Shown here in pieces: positions 30,710-40,174 of a stretch of 64,000 nt of DNA. The translations under genes and the position numbers were made by a program. Position 1 is the first letter of the stretch. Each line of letters opens with the position of its first letter. A model generated the notes under the pieces. The model was given only the letters and a program-made list of their open reading frames with translations, was not told where the DNA came from and did not search any database. Origin of the DNA: Gemmatimonadota bacterium (lineage in GTDB: Bacteria; Gemmatimonadota; Gemmatimonadetes; Gemmatimonadales; Gemmatimonadaceae); contig JACPFW010000026.1 of the NCBI GenBank assembly GCA_016182795.1, forward strand, positions 11,905 through 75,904, given 5' to 3'.

Positions 30710-31663
30710 ATGTCTGTCATTGCTGACGCGCACGACGCCACGACTATCACCGTGAGACAGCCGCAGCCCGAACACCTCCTCCGCGGACACCTCCTTCTTG
30801 CCACCGATGGCACCGCCAGCGCCGACGGCGCGGCGGGGCTCGTGGCGGAGTCGTGTCGGCGCGGCGCGGCGCAGGTCAGCGTGTTGGCGGTCTTTGAACC
30901 GGCGCCGATGCCCGTTCCCAGCGCCGATCCGTCGCTCGCCGCCATGACGACGATGAGCGGCGACACCGCGCTGCGCGACGAGTTCTTCGCGCGCGTGGAG
31001 CGGCAGGCGGAACGCTGCTTCGCGGGCTGTCCGCGCGTGGAGATCGAGCGGGTCGAGGGGTCGCCTGTGCGCGCCATCGTCGAAGCGGCGGCCACGATGG
31101 ACGCCGACCTGATCGTGACCGGCCTTCGCGTACACTCGCTGATGGACCGCCTCGTCGGCGACGAGACGGCGCTGCGCGTCACCCGGGCCACCGATCGCCC
31201 GGTCTTTGCCGTGGCGCCAAGTCTCACGCAGCTGCCGCGGCGGGCCGTGGTCGGCATCGACTTCTCCAAGGCGTCAATGCGCGCCGCGGCGGTCGCCGCC
31301 GGCCTGCTCGCCACCGGCGGCACGCTCACGCTGCTGCATGCCCTGCCGCGCTTCGACGCCACAGCGGTCAGTGAGGACGGCACCGACCTGCCGTTCGCGC
31401 GCGGCGTCACGGCGGCGCTCGACAGCCTGCGCGCGTCACTGGCCGCGTCCCATCCGGACATCACGGTTGCCATCGAGCGCCGCGACGGTGAGGCCGCCGA
31501 GGCCGTGATGAACTATGCCATCGCCGCCAAGGCCGACTTCGTCGCCGTCGGCCGCCACCGCCGCAGCGCCATCGCCCACGCCGTCCTCGGCAGTGTCGCC
31601 ACCACGCTGCTGCGCAAGGCGAAGTTGTCGGTGTTGGTGATGCCGCCGGTGGACAGCGATTGA
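30710..31663 (+). CDS. Tandem universal stress protein (two UspA domains)
   Basis: ATG 30710 is preceded by GGAG. Two repeats of the Usp pattern are present (...ADLIVTGLRVHS...; ...ADFVAVGRHRRSAIAHAVLGSVATTLLRKAKLSVLVMP). Confidence 0.8.
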   Translation: MSVIADAHDATTITVRQPQPEHLLRGHLLLATDGTASADGAAGLVAESCRRGAAQVSVLAVFEPAPMPVPSADPSLAAMTTMSGDTALRDEFFARVERQAERCFAGCPRVEIERVEGSPVRAIVEAAATMDADLIVTGLRVHSLMDRLVGDETALRVTRATDRPVFAVAPSLTQLPRRAVVGIDFSKASMRAAAVAAGLLATGGTLTLLHALPRFDATAVSEDGTDLPFARGVTAALDSLRASLAASHPDITVAIERRDGEAAEAVMNYAIAAKADFVAVGRHRRSAIAHAVLGSVATTLLRKAKLSVLVMPPVDSD

Positions 31664-31810
31664 GGATATGGACCTTGGATTGCGATTGCGGATCGCGATT
31701 CGTGATATCGATTAGCGATGAGGGGCGGCCGAATTGGCCGCCCCTCAATCGTTCATCGCAATCCTATATCGCAATCCCAAATCGCAATCCTGAGTCCAAA
31801 TCCCAAATCA
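31664..31810. repeat. About 147-bp imperfect palindrome of 13-nt words (ATCGCAATCCnnn) with a central perfect GC hairpin
   Basis: The left arm is ggatatggaccttggattgcgattgcggatcgcgattcgtgatatcgattagcgat. The centre is gaggggcggcc-gaatt-ggccgcccctc (31720-31746). The right arm is aatcgttcatcgcaatcctatatcgcaatcccaaatcgcaatcctgagtccaaatcccaaatc. The element fills the entire gap between the convergent genes. Confidence 0.9.
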
Positions 31811-32473
31811 CGCTTCAGGAGTCAGCAGCCCCAACCGCAGCGCCAGCTGCACGTACTCGTGCCGGTGCGACAGCCCCAGCTTGTCCTGTATCCGCTGCTT
31901 GTACGTGTCCACCGTCTTCGGGCTGATGAACAGCTTCTCGCCAATCTCCGGGGCGCTGAAGCCCTGCGCGGTGAGGCGCAGCACGTCGCGCTCGCGCTCG
32001 GTGAGCTTCTCGAAGCGCGTGCGCTCCTCGTGCAGCGGATCCTTGCGCGTGTACCCCTTGGCCAGGATGCGGGCCGCGTCGGGGCGCACATAGACCTCGC
32101 CGCGCGCCACCGTGCGCACCGCGTCGAGCAGCTCGCGATCGGCGGCCGTCTTCAGCACGTAGCCGGCGGCCCCCGCCTCGAGCATCGGCACCAGGTAGTC
32201 TTCCTCGGCGTGCATCGTCAGCGTCAGCACGCGCGACGGCAGCCCCTTGGCCACCATCTGGCGGGTCACCGCCATGCCGTCGGTGTCGCCCAGCGAGATG
32301 TCCATCACCATCACATCCGGCTTCAGGCGCTCGGCCATCGCGAGGGCTTCCGCCCCCGATCCCGCCTCACCCACGACGTGCACGTCCTTGGCGGCGCCGA
32401 GCACCGCCTTGACGCCCGCGCGAACGACTGCATGGTCATCCACCAGCAGCACGCGAATCAGGTCTCCGGTCAT
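31808..32473 (-). CDS. NarL/FixJ (LuxR-type HTH) response regulator
   Basis: IRVLLVDDHAVVRAGV...DVMVMDISLGDTDG is the receiver domain. LTERERDVLRLTAQGFSAPEIGEKLFISPKTVDTYKQRI is the GerE HTH. Confidence 0.9.
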   Translation of the reverse strand: MTGDLIRVLLVDDHAVVRAGVKAVLGAAKDVHVVGEAGSGAEALAMAERLKPDVMVMDISLGDTDGMAVTRQMVAKGLPSRVLTLTMHAEEDYLVPMLEAGAAGYVLKTAADRELLDAVRTVARGEVYVRPDAARILAKGYTRKDPLHEERTRFEKLTERERDVLRLTAQGFSAPEIGEKLFISPKTVDTYKQRIQDKLGLSHRHEYVQLALRLGLLTPEA

Positions 32474-33561
32474 CGTCCGTCCTCGTCATCGAGAGCCACC
32501 GTGGCGACGACACGCGTGCCGTCCCCCGGCTTGCTCTCCAGTTCAAAAGTCCCATTGACCAACGCCACGCGCTCGCGCATGGAGAACAGCCCAAAGCCGC
32601 CGCGTTCGGCCTCGCCGACGTCCATCCCGTGCCCGTCGTCACGCACGTCCAGTCGGGCCCTACCCTGCTCCGTGGTGAGATGCACCTCCACGTGAGCCGG
32701 CGCCGCGTGCCGCGCGGCATTCGCCACGGCCTCGCGCGCCACATCGTATAGCACACTCGCCACATGCGCCGGAATCGGCGCGTCGGCGCCCGCCGTATCA
32801 GCCGTTGTCGCCACGCCGCGCTCGGTGGTCTTCCGCGCCAGATGCTGCAGCGCCGGCGCCAGGCCGAGGTCGTCGAGGACGCGCGGATGCAGCGTCTCCG
32901 ACAGCGTGCGCACTTGTTCCATCACCTGCTGGGCCATCTGCTGCATGCGCTGCAGCTGGGCCCGAGATTCGTCGTCCTTGGCGTCGCGCGCCACCGCCGA
33001 CAGCTCGAGCGTGAGGCCCGCCAAATACTGCGCCGATGACTCGTGCAGCTCGCGCCCCACACGCGCCCGCTCGCGGTCGCCCACTGTGATGGCATGCAGC
33101 GCCAGCCGGCGCATGCGCGCCCGGTCGTGGTGCATGCCGTCGAGCAGCAGGTTGATGGCCGACCGCACGCGCCCCAGATCGGGATCTTCTGTTTCCGTGG
33201 GGCGCGCGCGCACCGTCAGATCGCCGGCCCACACGCGCTGCGCCGTCCGCTCCAGTTCACGCAACGGACGCAGGGCAACGGTCACCAATGCGATGTTCGC
33301 GGCAATCGAGAACACGACCGCCGCCACCGACACCACCAGACTGCTCGTCAGCGTCTCTTCCAGCGGACGCGCAATGAACAGCGAGGCCACCGCGATGAGC
33401 GCGACCAGCAAGTTCGCCCCGAGGAGCTTCCCCGACAGCGGAACCCTGAACACGCGATCGGTCCAGCGCGTATGTCGAACGCGCAACGGCACGCGCTGCT
33501 CATCCCCCGTCGTACTCTGTTGAGTGGACGCGGTGTCCGTGATATCCCGAATGGCTGGCAT
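32470..33561 (-). CDS. Sensor histidine kinase (HAMP + HisKA_3 + HATPase)
   Basis: One TM pair, a HAMP-like linker, ELHESSAQYLAGL (the HisKA_3 His box) and DDGHGM...GGFGLFSMRERVALVNG. It overlaps the regulator start by 4 nt. Confidence 0.85.
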   Translation of the reverse strand: MPAIRDITDTASTQQSTTGDEQRVPLRVRHTRWTDRVFRVPLSGKLLGANLLVALIAVASLFIARPLEETLTSSLVVSVAAVVFSIAANIALVTVALRPLRELERTAQRVWAGDLTVRARPTETEDPDLGRVRSAINLLLDGMHHDRARMRRLALHAITVGDRERARVGRELHESSAQYLAGLTLELSAVARDAKDDESRAQLQRMQQMAQQVMEQVRTLSETLHPRVLDDLGLAPALQHLARKTTERGVATTADTAGADAPIPAHVASVLYDVAREAVANAARHAAPAHVEVHLTTEQGRARLDVRDDGHGMDVGEAERGGFGLFSMRERVALVNGTFELESKPGDGTRVVATVALDDEDGR

Positions 33562-33721
33562 AGCACATCTAGGTTATCGGGAAACGCCCCGCACCATCCA
33601 TCAGGTTGTGTCGGATTTTCCCTGAGGGATTACCCGACCACCCTTACTCTTTTCCCTTACAGAACAATTAAGAGACTTTAGTGCCCAGAGTCAACGAAGG
33701 CGAGCCCCTGTCGGCCCGCCT

Positions 33722-33776
33722 CTGTTGTCTTTCTGTTGTCTCTCTGTTGTCTGTCTGTTGTTTCTCTGTCGTTCCA
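33722..33776. repeat. Tandem 11-mer array x5 (CTGTTGTnTnT; on the minus strand AnAnACAACAG) abutting the tRNA-Lys 3' end
   Basis: ctgttgtcttt ctgttgtctct ctgttgtctgt ctgttgtttct ctgtcgttcca. The array ends at 33776 and the tRNA discriminator base is at 33777. Confidence 0.92.
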
Positions 33777-33849
33777 TGACCCGGGTGGGAATCGAACCCA
33801 CGACCTGGCGGTTAAAAGCCGCATGCTCTACCGACTGAGCTACCGGGTC
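33777..33849 (-). tRNA. tRNA-Lys (anticodon TTT)
   Basis: The reverse complement folds manually: acceptor GACCCGG/CCGGGTC, D-arm GCTCAGTCGGTAGAGC, anticodon stem TGCGG/CCGCC with loop CTTTTAA, and T-arm GTGGGTTCGATTCCCAC. No CCA is encoded. Confidence 0.9.
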
Positions 33850-33874
33850 GCCGTGCGCGAACTGTACTAAGATA

Positions 33875-35386
33875 ATGCGTCGCGGCATCAACAGAGGTTA
33901 CCCGCACGTGCCCACCCGCTCCGCCCTGCACGAACTCAATCGACGGCTCGGATGGGCGTTTCCCGCCTTGGCCGCGCTCGCGTTCGGCATCTTCCGCCTC
34001 CCGGAACTCACGCGGAGCCCGCTCTGGTACGACGAGCTCTTCTCGCTCGGTGTCGCCGACCTCCCCATCGGTGACTCCCTGCGGCGCATCATTGCCGACC
34101 ACACGAATCCGCCGTTGTTCTACCTGTTGCTCAAGGGTTGGATGGCCGTGGGCGGCGAGAGCGATCACTGGGTGCGCCTGCTCCCCTGCCTCTTCGCAAT
34201 GCTGTTCGGCGCCGCGCTCGTCTGGCTCGCGCGCGAGGCGCGCGCTGGCGGACAGGCCGGCTTGCTCGGCGTCGCGCTCGCCGCGGCGAGTCCGCTGTCG
34301 GTCGACCTCTCCAACGAGGTGCGCGGCTACTCGCTGCTCGCGCTGCTCGCCTGTCTGTCGCTGGCAGCCACCCTGCACGACCGCACGCACCGGACACGCG
34401 GCACCTTTGCCCTGCTCACCGGCATCAACATCGCGCTGGTGCACACGCACTACTTCGGCTGGCTCACGGTCGCCGCGGCCTGCCTCACGGCGCTCCTCGC
34501 CTGGCCGCGCGACGACGCGCGCCGCGTCTTACGCAGCGCGCTGTACACGCTGCTCGCGTTTGTCCCCTGGGCGGCCGCCGTACTCGCCCACGCCGTGCAG
34601 AATCCCGCCCCCCTGCGCAACGTGGCGTGGATCACGCCCCCCGACATTGCCGACCCGCTCTGGCTGGTGCGCGACCTCACCGGGCGGAGCGGCAGCGCGG
34701 CGGTCGACCTCGCCTGGCTCGCCCTGCTGGGCGTGGCGCTCGTCTCGTTGGCCGTGACGGCCGTGCGCCGGCTTCAGGCGCCTGGCACCGCACCCAAGGC
34801 GCCGTTGGCCCGTCCGCTGGCCGCAGGGCCCACACCAGGGTCGGTAGCCCTGCTGGCGGTGGCGGGTTTCGCGATGCCGGCCGCCGTGTGGGCAGTCTCG
34901 CTCGCCACTGGCCACTCGGTGTGGGTGCAGCGCTACCTGATCGGCGCGGCGGCGCCCGTGGCGCTTCTCGCCGGCATCGCCGTCTCCGCCATGCCCCCGC
35001 GGCGCTGGAGGTTCTCGGCGGTCGTCGGCTTTGTGTGGGTGGCGGTGGCCTGCGCGGCGCTGCCGCAGCGCGCGCCCGTCAAGTTCGACTGGCGCCGGTT
35101 CGCGCGCCGCATCGATCTCGCCGCCGGCAGTCCGCGCGACGTCTTTGCGCTCGAGGCGTTCACCGCGGCGCCGTTGCAGCGATACGCGCTTACCGGAATG
35201 CGTGTGCAAATGGTGCACGCCCTCGCCGAACTCCCCTCGGGAGACATCTGGCTTGTCTATCGGCGCCAGTCGTTCAGCTCCGGCTCGCCGGCCGAGGCGC
35301 TTCGCGATCTCGGCTTCACCACGGTGTCATCACTCGCGGCGGAGACGGCCGGGCAACAGTTCGTTGCCACGCGCATCAGGCGCTAG
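33875..35386 (+). CDS. Membrane glycosyltransferase, ArnT/PMT (GT39/GT83-like) family
   Basis: 503 aa and polytopic. The N-terminal loop SPLWYDELFSLGVA...HTNPPLFYLLLKGW is typical of dolichyl/undecaprenyl-phosphate sugar transferases. Confidence 0.7.
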   Translation: MRRGINRGYPHVPTRSALHELNRRLGWAFPALAALAFGIFRLPELTRSPLWYDELFSLGVADLPIGDSLRRIIADHTNPPLFYLLLKGWMAVGGESDHWVRLLPCLFAMLFGAALVWLAREARAGGQAGLLGVALAAASPLSVDLSNEVRGYSLLALLACLSLAATLHDRTHRTRGTFALLTGINIALVHTHYFGWLTVAAACLTALLAWPRDDARRVLRSALYTLLAFVPWAAAVLAHAVQNPAPLRNVAWITPPDIADPLWLVRDLTGRSGSAAVDLAWLALLGVALVSLAVTAVRRLQAPGTAPKAPLARPLAAGPTPGSVALLAVAGFAMPAAVWAVSLATGHSVWVQRYLIGAAAPVALLAGIAVSAMPPRRWRFSAVVGFVWVAVACAALPQRAPVKFDWRRFARRIDLAAGSPRDVFALEAFTAAPLQRYALTGMRVQMVHALAELPSGDIWLVYRRQSFSSGSPAEALRDLGFTTVSSLAAETAGQQFVATRIRR

Positions 35387-35583
35387 GCGGCAGACAGGCC
35401 TCTCTCGATCTGGCAGAAGTGCTGGCTGAGCACGGCACTGATCTCGCCGCGAAGTACTAATGCAGCAGGTTGTTGGACCACATGGCTTGGCTCGCCCGTC
35501 CATTCTTTGACTCACTCGGCGCGGCGCGGGGTACCAGACCGCTCTTCATGCGGAGCGCGAGCGCTGGTGCCGCGAAAGACAAA

Positions 35584-35607
35584 GGGCCCGGGCTTGCGCC
35601 CGGACCC
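35584..35607. terminator. Bidirectional terminator-like hairpin between convergent genes
   Basis: gggcccgggc-ttgc-gcccggaccc (9 of 10 bp paired), flanked by aaagacaaa upstream and tcgtcttt downstream. Confidence 0.55.
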
Positions 35608-35644
35608 TCGTCTTTAGCCTTCAAGCTAGCTCGATCTTCTGAGA

Positions 35645-38452
35645 CTACTTGATGATGTTCAGCGTGTAGGCCAAGGCGTTGACGTAGCCGATCGTGCCCG
35701 CGGCGTTGTAGCCAACCGCAATCACGTTCGTCGTATTCGTCGCCGTGAAGCCGAGCTGCGAGTACAGCGTGGCGCCGCTGATCGCGGCCGACCACGTGAA
35801 CGTACGCACCGCACCGTTGTCCGTCAGCACCGGCGTCGTCGCCGTGCCGATGAGGCGCATTTCGGTGCCCGCAGCGCCGCCGTTGTTGGCAGCCCAGAAC
35901 TCAACACGCGAGAACGGGTTGTTGTACGTGGCCGTCGGGCCCGTCGAAACAACACTGAGCGTCCCCGAAGCCGGGTTGGCCGTCGTCGCGGCAGTGGTGA
36001 CGCCGGACGAAATGTTGTTCGACGCGATGCTGTTGGTAACCGCCGGGAAGGTCGCCAGACCCGTCGGGGCGAACACGGCGAGCGCCGGCGAAACGGCCGG
36101 AGCGGCAGCCGCGGCACCCGTCACCAGCATGAGACCCTGGTTGGTCGCATTCGCTTCCACGGTGGCCAGCGGATAGAGCGTACCACCGAACTGCAGCGCA
36201 AGCGGCAGGTTGAACACCGCCGACACGGCGTAGTTCGTGTTGACGAAGGTCGCGGCATTGAAGCCGTTGACCGTCGTCGGGGTCGTGTTCGCAAAGCGGA
36301 CCGGCTGCGCCGACGGACCAACCACGAAGGTGCTAACACCACCGATCGCAGCGTAGTCGCCGGAGAACCAGTAGTTCGCGATATCGAGCGCGTCGTTCAG
36401 GAAGGCACTGCCGGTCCAGCCGATCGTCGAAACCGTGATCGGAGTGGAAACATTGCCGACCGTCAGCGCGCCGTTGTCGAGGACAATGGTACGCGCCGAA
36501 ACCGAGGCCGAGTTGCCGGCCGCGTCGAACGCCGTCGCGTTGAACGAGTAGTACGCGTCCGTCGTGAGAGCCGTAACCGCCGTCGAATACAGCGGGGCAG
36601 CCGCAACGACACCCGTCGCCGACAACACGCCAGCGGTGGTCGCAGCCGTGCCGTTCGCGTTGAGCGGGTTGTTCGTGCCCGCGCTGTTCGCCGTGCCAGC
36701 CACGCGCTGCGTGATCTGCATCGTAACCGGGGCCGTCGGGGCCATACCAGAGTTGCCGACCAGACCCGTGTCGTTCACCGTCACCACGAACTCACCAGCG
36801 ATCGTGGCCGTGCTCTTCTGCGCGTTCGCAGCAAGCGACGTCGCATCGTAGGCGATGGTCGGAGCCGCGCGGTCAACGCCGAACGGAACCGAGGCGGAGC
36901 CAGCAACCGGCAGGGCATAACCAGCCACCGCGGTCGGAGCGGCGCACGTGCCACCCGGGTTCGCCGTCTGCGTGTTACCAAGCACGTCGGCCGTGTAGAC
37001 GATACCGCAATAGCTCGCGTTCGTCGCCGAAGCGGCAAGCGTCGTCGGGTCGGCGATCGCCGCAGCCGTCTTCGCCGCAGTGTAGGTCGCACCAACGCGA
37101 ACGTTGTAGGTGATTGCGCCACCGATGCCAGCGTCAACGACCGTCGCGGCGATCGCGCCGTTCGGGTTGCCCGCCGCCGTCACGGTGTTGAGGCTCACCG
37201 CATCATTGATCCAGTTGCCGGTACGACCGTTGACCGCGAGGGCGGCGATGAGGCCGGCCGTCGGCGGAGCAACGTTGTCCCAGCGCAGGCCGGTCTGCGT
37301 GCCGATGATGCCGGCAGGCGTCGTGGCCGTGCCGGCCAGCGTCAGGTTGTCGCCGGCCGAGTTGGTCGCGGTAACGGTGACCACGTTCGGGAACGTGGTG
37401 ACGCAGCCAGCAGGCGACTGAAGGCCAGCCAGCGTGCCCGTGATCACGTAGACGTTGTCCGTCTTGGTCGTCGCGGTGCCGATAGCGCCAACTGCGCCGA
37501 CGCAGGTCGAGCCAGTCGCGGGATTGGCCGAAAGCGCGGCAGCAACCGTACCGATCGACGAGCCAGAGTACAGCACCGGAAGCGCGTTAACCGTGAGCGA
37601 GCCGTTGCCCGTCCAACGATAGCCGGTGCCGTCAACCGCCGACGTGCCACCGCTCGTCGTAATGGCAAAGCCGTCAACGTTAGCGAGCGTCAGGGTCTGC
37701 GTGACCGAGGCGCTGGCCGCCTGCGACGAACCGCTGGCGACGGTGTAAACCTTCGCCTGCAGCGTCGTGGCGCCGTTCAGCCAGGTCGGGACGCCCGTGG
37801 TGGCGTTGAACGCCGCCGTGTTGATCATGGCAACGATCTGCGGGAACGTCGTCTGCGCCGCAGCGGCCTCGTCGGCCGCATAACGGAGCGCGGCAGCCTG
37901 GGCCGCCGTGAACGTCTGCGAGTAGGCGACAACGCTTCCGAACAGCACTTCAACCTTGCTGATCGTCTGGTTGCCCGGGTTGACGTTGACCGTCACGTCG
38001 ATCGGGCCGGCGACGGCAGCCGGGTTGACCGTGCCGTTCAGGTTGCCCGAAGCGGTGATCGAGTTGATCGACACCGTCGCCGGGATCGTGGCGACCGGCG
38101 GCGACACGACGACTGTAGCGCAGCCCTTCTTGCCCGTATCAACCGTGGACGTCGCGCAAACGGCGATGCCCGGGTTGCCCGTGGCCGGAGCCGTGAAGAC
38201 ACCAGCGGACGTGATCGTGCCGGCCGAGGCCGTCCACGTCACCGTCGTCGCCAGGCCCGCGTCCGCGTTGACCGCGGCCGTGAACGTGATCGACTGACCA
38301 GTCGAGACCGTAGCCGTCGCCGGCGACACTTCGACCGAGTTGACCTTTGACTGCGTCGGCGGCGGCGTGTACTCCTGCACCGTCACCTTGTCGCCGCACG
38401 CTGCGAGCAACGCAGCGCCAACGACGAGAATCGTCTTACGAGAGAAGTTCAT
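35645..38452 (-). CDS. Large Thr/Ala/Gly/Val/Asn-rich surface lipoprotein with an N-terminal bacterial Ig-like (Big_2-type) domain; possible S-layer or adhesin protein
   Basis: ATG 38452 gives MNFSRKTILVVGAALLAACGD (lipobox). VNSVEVSPATATVSTGQSITFTAAVNADAGLATTVTWTASAGTITSAGVFTAPATG matches the Big_2 pattern. The remaining roughly 800 aa are low-complexity and beta-rich. The track start at 38647 is rejected. Confidence 0.7.
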   Translation of the reverse strand: MNFSRKTILVVGAALLAACGDKVTVQEYTPPPTQSKVNSVEVSPATATVSTGQSITFTAAVNADAGLATTVTWTASAGTITSAGVFTAPATGNPGIAVCATSTVDTGKKGCATVVVSPPVATIPATVSINSITASGNLNGTVNPAAVAGPIDVTVNVNPGNQTISKVEVLFGSVVAYSQTFTAAQAAALRYAADEAAAAQTTFPQIVAMINTAAFNATTGVPTWLNGATTLQAKVYTVASGSSQAASASVTQTLTLANVDGFAITTSGGTSAVDGTGYRWTGNGSLTVNALPVLYSGSSIGTVAAALSANPATGSTCVGAVGAIGTATTKTDNVYVITGTLAGLQSPAGCVTTFPNVVTVTATNSAGDNLTLAGTATTPAGIIGTQTGLRWDNVAPPTAGLIAALAVNGRTGNWINDAVSLNTVTAAGNPNGAIAATVVDAGIGGAITYNVRVGATYTAAKTAAAIADPTTLAASATNASYCGIVYTADVLGNTQTANPGGTCAAPTAVAGYALPVAGSASVPFGVDRAAPTIAYDATSLAANAQKSTATIAGEFVVTVNDTGLVGNSGMAPTAPVTMQITQRVAGTANSAGTNNPLNANGTAATTAGVLSATGVVAAAPLYSTAVTALTTDAYYSFNATAFDAAGNSASVSARTIVLDNGALTVGNVSTPITVSTIGWTGSAFLNDALDIANYWFSGDYAAIGGVSTFVVGPSAQPVRFANTTPTTVNGFNAATFVNTNYAVSAVFNLPLALQFGGTLYPLATVEANATNQGLMLVTGAAAAAPAVSPALAVFAPTGLATFPAVTNSIASNNISSGVTTAATTANPASGTLSVVSTGPTATYNNPFSRVEFWAANNGGAAGTEMRLIGTATTPVLTDNGAVRTFTWSAAISGATLYSQLGFTATNTTNVIAVGYNAAGTIGYVNALAYTLNIIK

Positions 38453-38792
38453 GGAACCCCCAGTGGAGTAAACTGCAAAAAACCATCGCGAAAACCTGCC
38501 CTTGCTCACGTGCAACGTCTCCATCCACGGTAAGACGTCCTGGCAAGGTAAAAACACACTGCTGGCCAATCTCGTGGAATATGACGACGGTGCGGACAAC
38601 TCGCAACCCCAATTGGGGTCGCGGCTTGGCCCGCTCCACCGACACATTTCCGTCGCCCAGACCGGCCAGCCACCCTTATAGTGGTGATCGGACCGGGAGC
38701 CAAAACCTACGACTCCCGAAAACTCCCGTCAAGCAAGTTGGCGGTAGACAGGCACAACGTAGGGACGAACAGCCTAGGCCTGGGTAACTGCT

Positions 38793-38909
38793 CGGAACGG
38801 GGAGGGGGCCGGGACTCAGGGACGGGTGAAGTGAGGGGGGACGGGCGAGGCGTTTCTCGGTCCCCCTCACGTCCCCCCTCGCCTAGTCTCGGCCCCCCTC
38901 CTCGTTCCG
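38793..38909. repeat. Copy 1 of a 117-127-bp G-tract/C-tract palindromic element (termini CGGAACGrGGAGGGGGGCCGGGACT ... AGTCyCGGCCCCCCTCCyCGTTCCG)
   Basis: cggaacggggagggggccgggact...agtctcggcccccctcctcgttccg read directly. The right arm overlaps the last 9 codons (including the stop) of rnhB. Confidence 0.9.
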
Positions 38910-39533
38910 AGCGCCGTTCGTCTCGGCGTTCCGCAGAATCCCCTCACAGAACTTGGGCCGATGATGCGCTGTCATCCCCCTCGCTCTCAGCGCACTCATA
39001 TGCACCGGCGTTCCGTACCCGGCGTTCTGCTCCCACCCGTACCCAGGGTGCCGCGCGGCGAGCGAACGCATCAGGCAATCGCGCGCCACCTTGGCCACAA
39101 TGCTCGCGCACGCAATTGAATAGATGCGCGAGTCGCCCCCCACGAAGGCACGGTGTGTCACCCCCAGCGTCTTGATGGGCTTGCCGTCCACCAGCACTTC
39201 ATCGGGATGTTCACGCAGGCGGCGCAGCGCACGGCGCATGGCGAGTGCCGTCGCCTGATAGATGTTGAGCGCCTCGATCTCGCGGACGCTTGCCGCCCCG
39301 AGCGCCACACACAACGCCGCACCGCGGATCTTCGCCGCGAGCCGTTCGCGCTGGGCGGCGCTCAGCTGCTTGGAGTCGGCGACGCCAGCGATGGCGCGGG
39401 CCTCGGGCGGCATGATGACGGCGCAAGCAAAGACGGGGCCCGCAAGCGGGCCCCGTCCGACTTCATCTACTCCGGCAATAAGCCGGGCGCCATCGGCGCG
39501 CAGCGAGCGCTCCACCGCGCTCCAGCGCGCCAT
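38883..39533 (-). CDS. rnhB: Ribonuclease HII
   Basis: IAGVDEVGRGPLAGPV...ADSKQLS...IVAKVARD...GYGT are the RNase HII catalytic motifs. The C-terminal ...ARNEEGGRD and the stop are encoded by the repeat element. Confidence 0.9.
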   Translation of the reverse strand: MARWSAVERSLRADGARLIAGVDEVGRGPLAGPVFACAVIMPPEARAIAGVADSKQLSAAQRERLAAKIRGAALCVALGAASVREIEALNIYQATALAMRRALRRLREHPDEVLVDGKPIKTLGVTHRAFVGGDSRIYSIACASIVAKVARDCLMRSLAARHPGYGWEQNAGYGTPVHMSALRARGMTAHHRPKFCEGILRNAETNGARNEEGGRD

Positions 39534-39539
39534 GCGCGA

Positions 39540-39920
39540 TTACGCCTGTTCCGCCGAGCCGGTGACCGGCACCGCGACACGCACCTTCTTTTCCTTGATG
39601 CGCGTGGCCTTGCCGGTGAGTTCGCGGAGATAGAACAGCTTGGCGCGGCGGACACGGCCGCGGCGCACGACGCTGATCGACTCGAGCATCGGCGAATGCA
39701 GCGGGAAGATGCGCTCGACGCCGACGCCGTTGCTGATCTTCCGCACGGTGAACGTGGCGCTGACGCCCGCTCCCTTGCGCGCGATCACGACGCCTTCGAA
39801 CGCCTGCACGCGCTCCTTGTCGCCTTCCTTCACCTTGACGTTCACGCGCACCGTGTCGCCGGCGCGGAACGGAGGAACTTCCTTGAGCCACTCTTTCTGC
39901 GTTTCCATGAAGACATGCAT
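39540..39920 (-). CDS. rplS: 50S ribosomal protein L19
   Basis: ...[35 protein letters not shown]...[22 protein letters not shown]...RRAKLFYLR. The start is ATG 39920 or ATG 39908. The track ORF start at 40178 translates the repeat element and is rejected. Confidence 0.9.
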   Translation of the reverse strand: MHVFMETQKEWLKEVPPFRAGDTVRVNVKVKEGDKERVQAFEGVVIARKGAGVSATFTVRKISNGVGVERIFPLHSPMLESISVVRRGRVRRAKLFYLRELTGKATRIKEKKVRVAVPVTGSAEQA

Positions 39921-40024
39921 ATGACGATTCCAGCGTGAGGAGGCGTTAGTCGAGCCTTGAAAGCTATTCGGAGCCTGGCCTATCGTCAAGCGCTGCAATT
40001 GCTTGGGGTTAGACAAAACGGCTA

Positions 40025-40141
40025 CGGAACGGGGAGGGGGGCCGGGACTAAGCGAGGGGGGACGGGAGGGGGAACGAGGTACGCCTCGCCCGTCCCACCT
40101 CACTTCACCCGTTCCTGAGTCCCGGCCCCCTCCTCGTTCCG
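40025..40141. repeat. Copy 2 of the G-tract/C-tract palindromic element, with an extra C-rich tail to about 40173
   Basis: cggaacggggaggggggccgggactaag...gagtcccggccccctcctcgttccg. It lies between the protease 3' end (40175) and the rplS start. Confidence 0.9.
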
Positions 40142-40174
40142 AGGCCTCCTCGCTCCCCGCCCGTCCCTCCTCGC

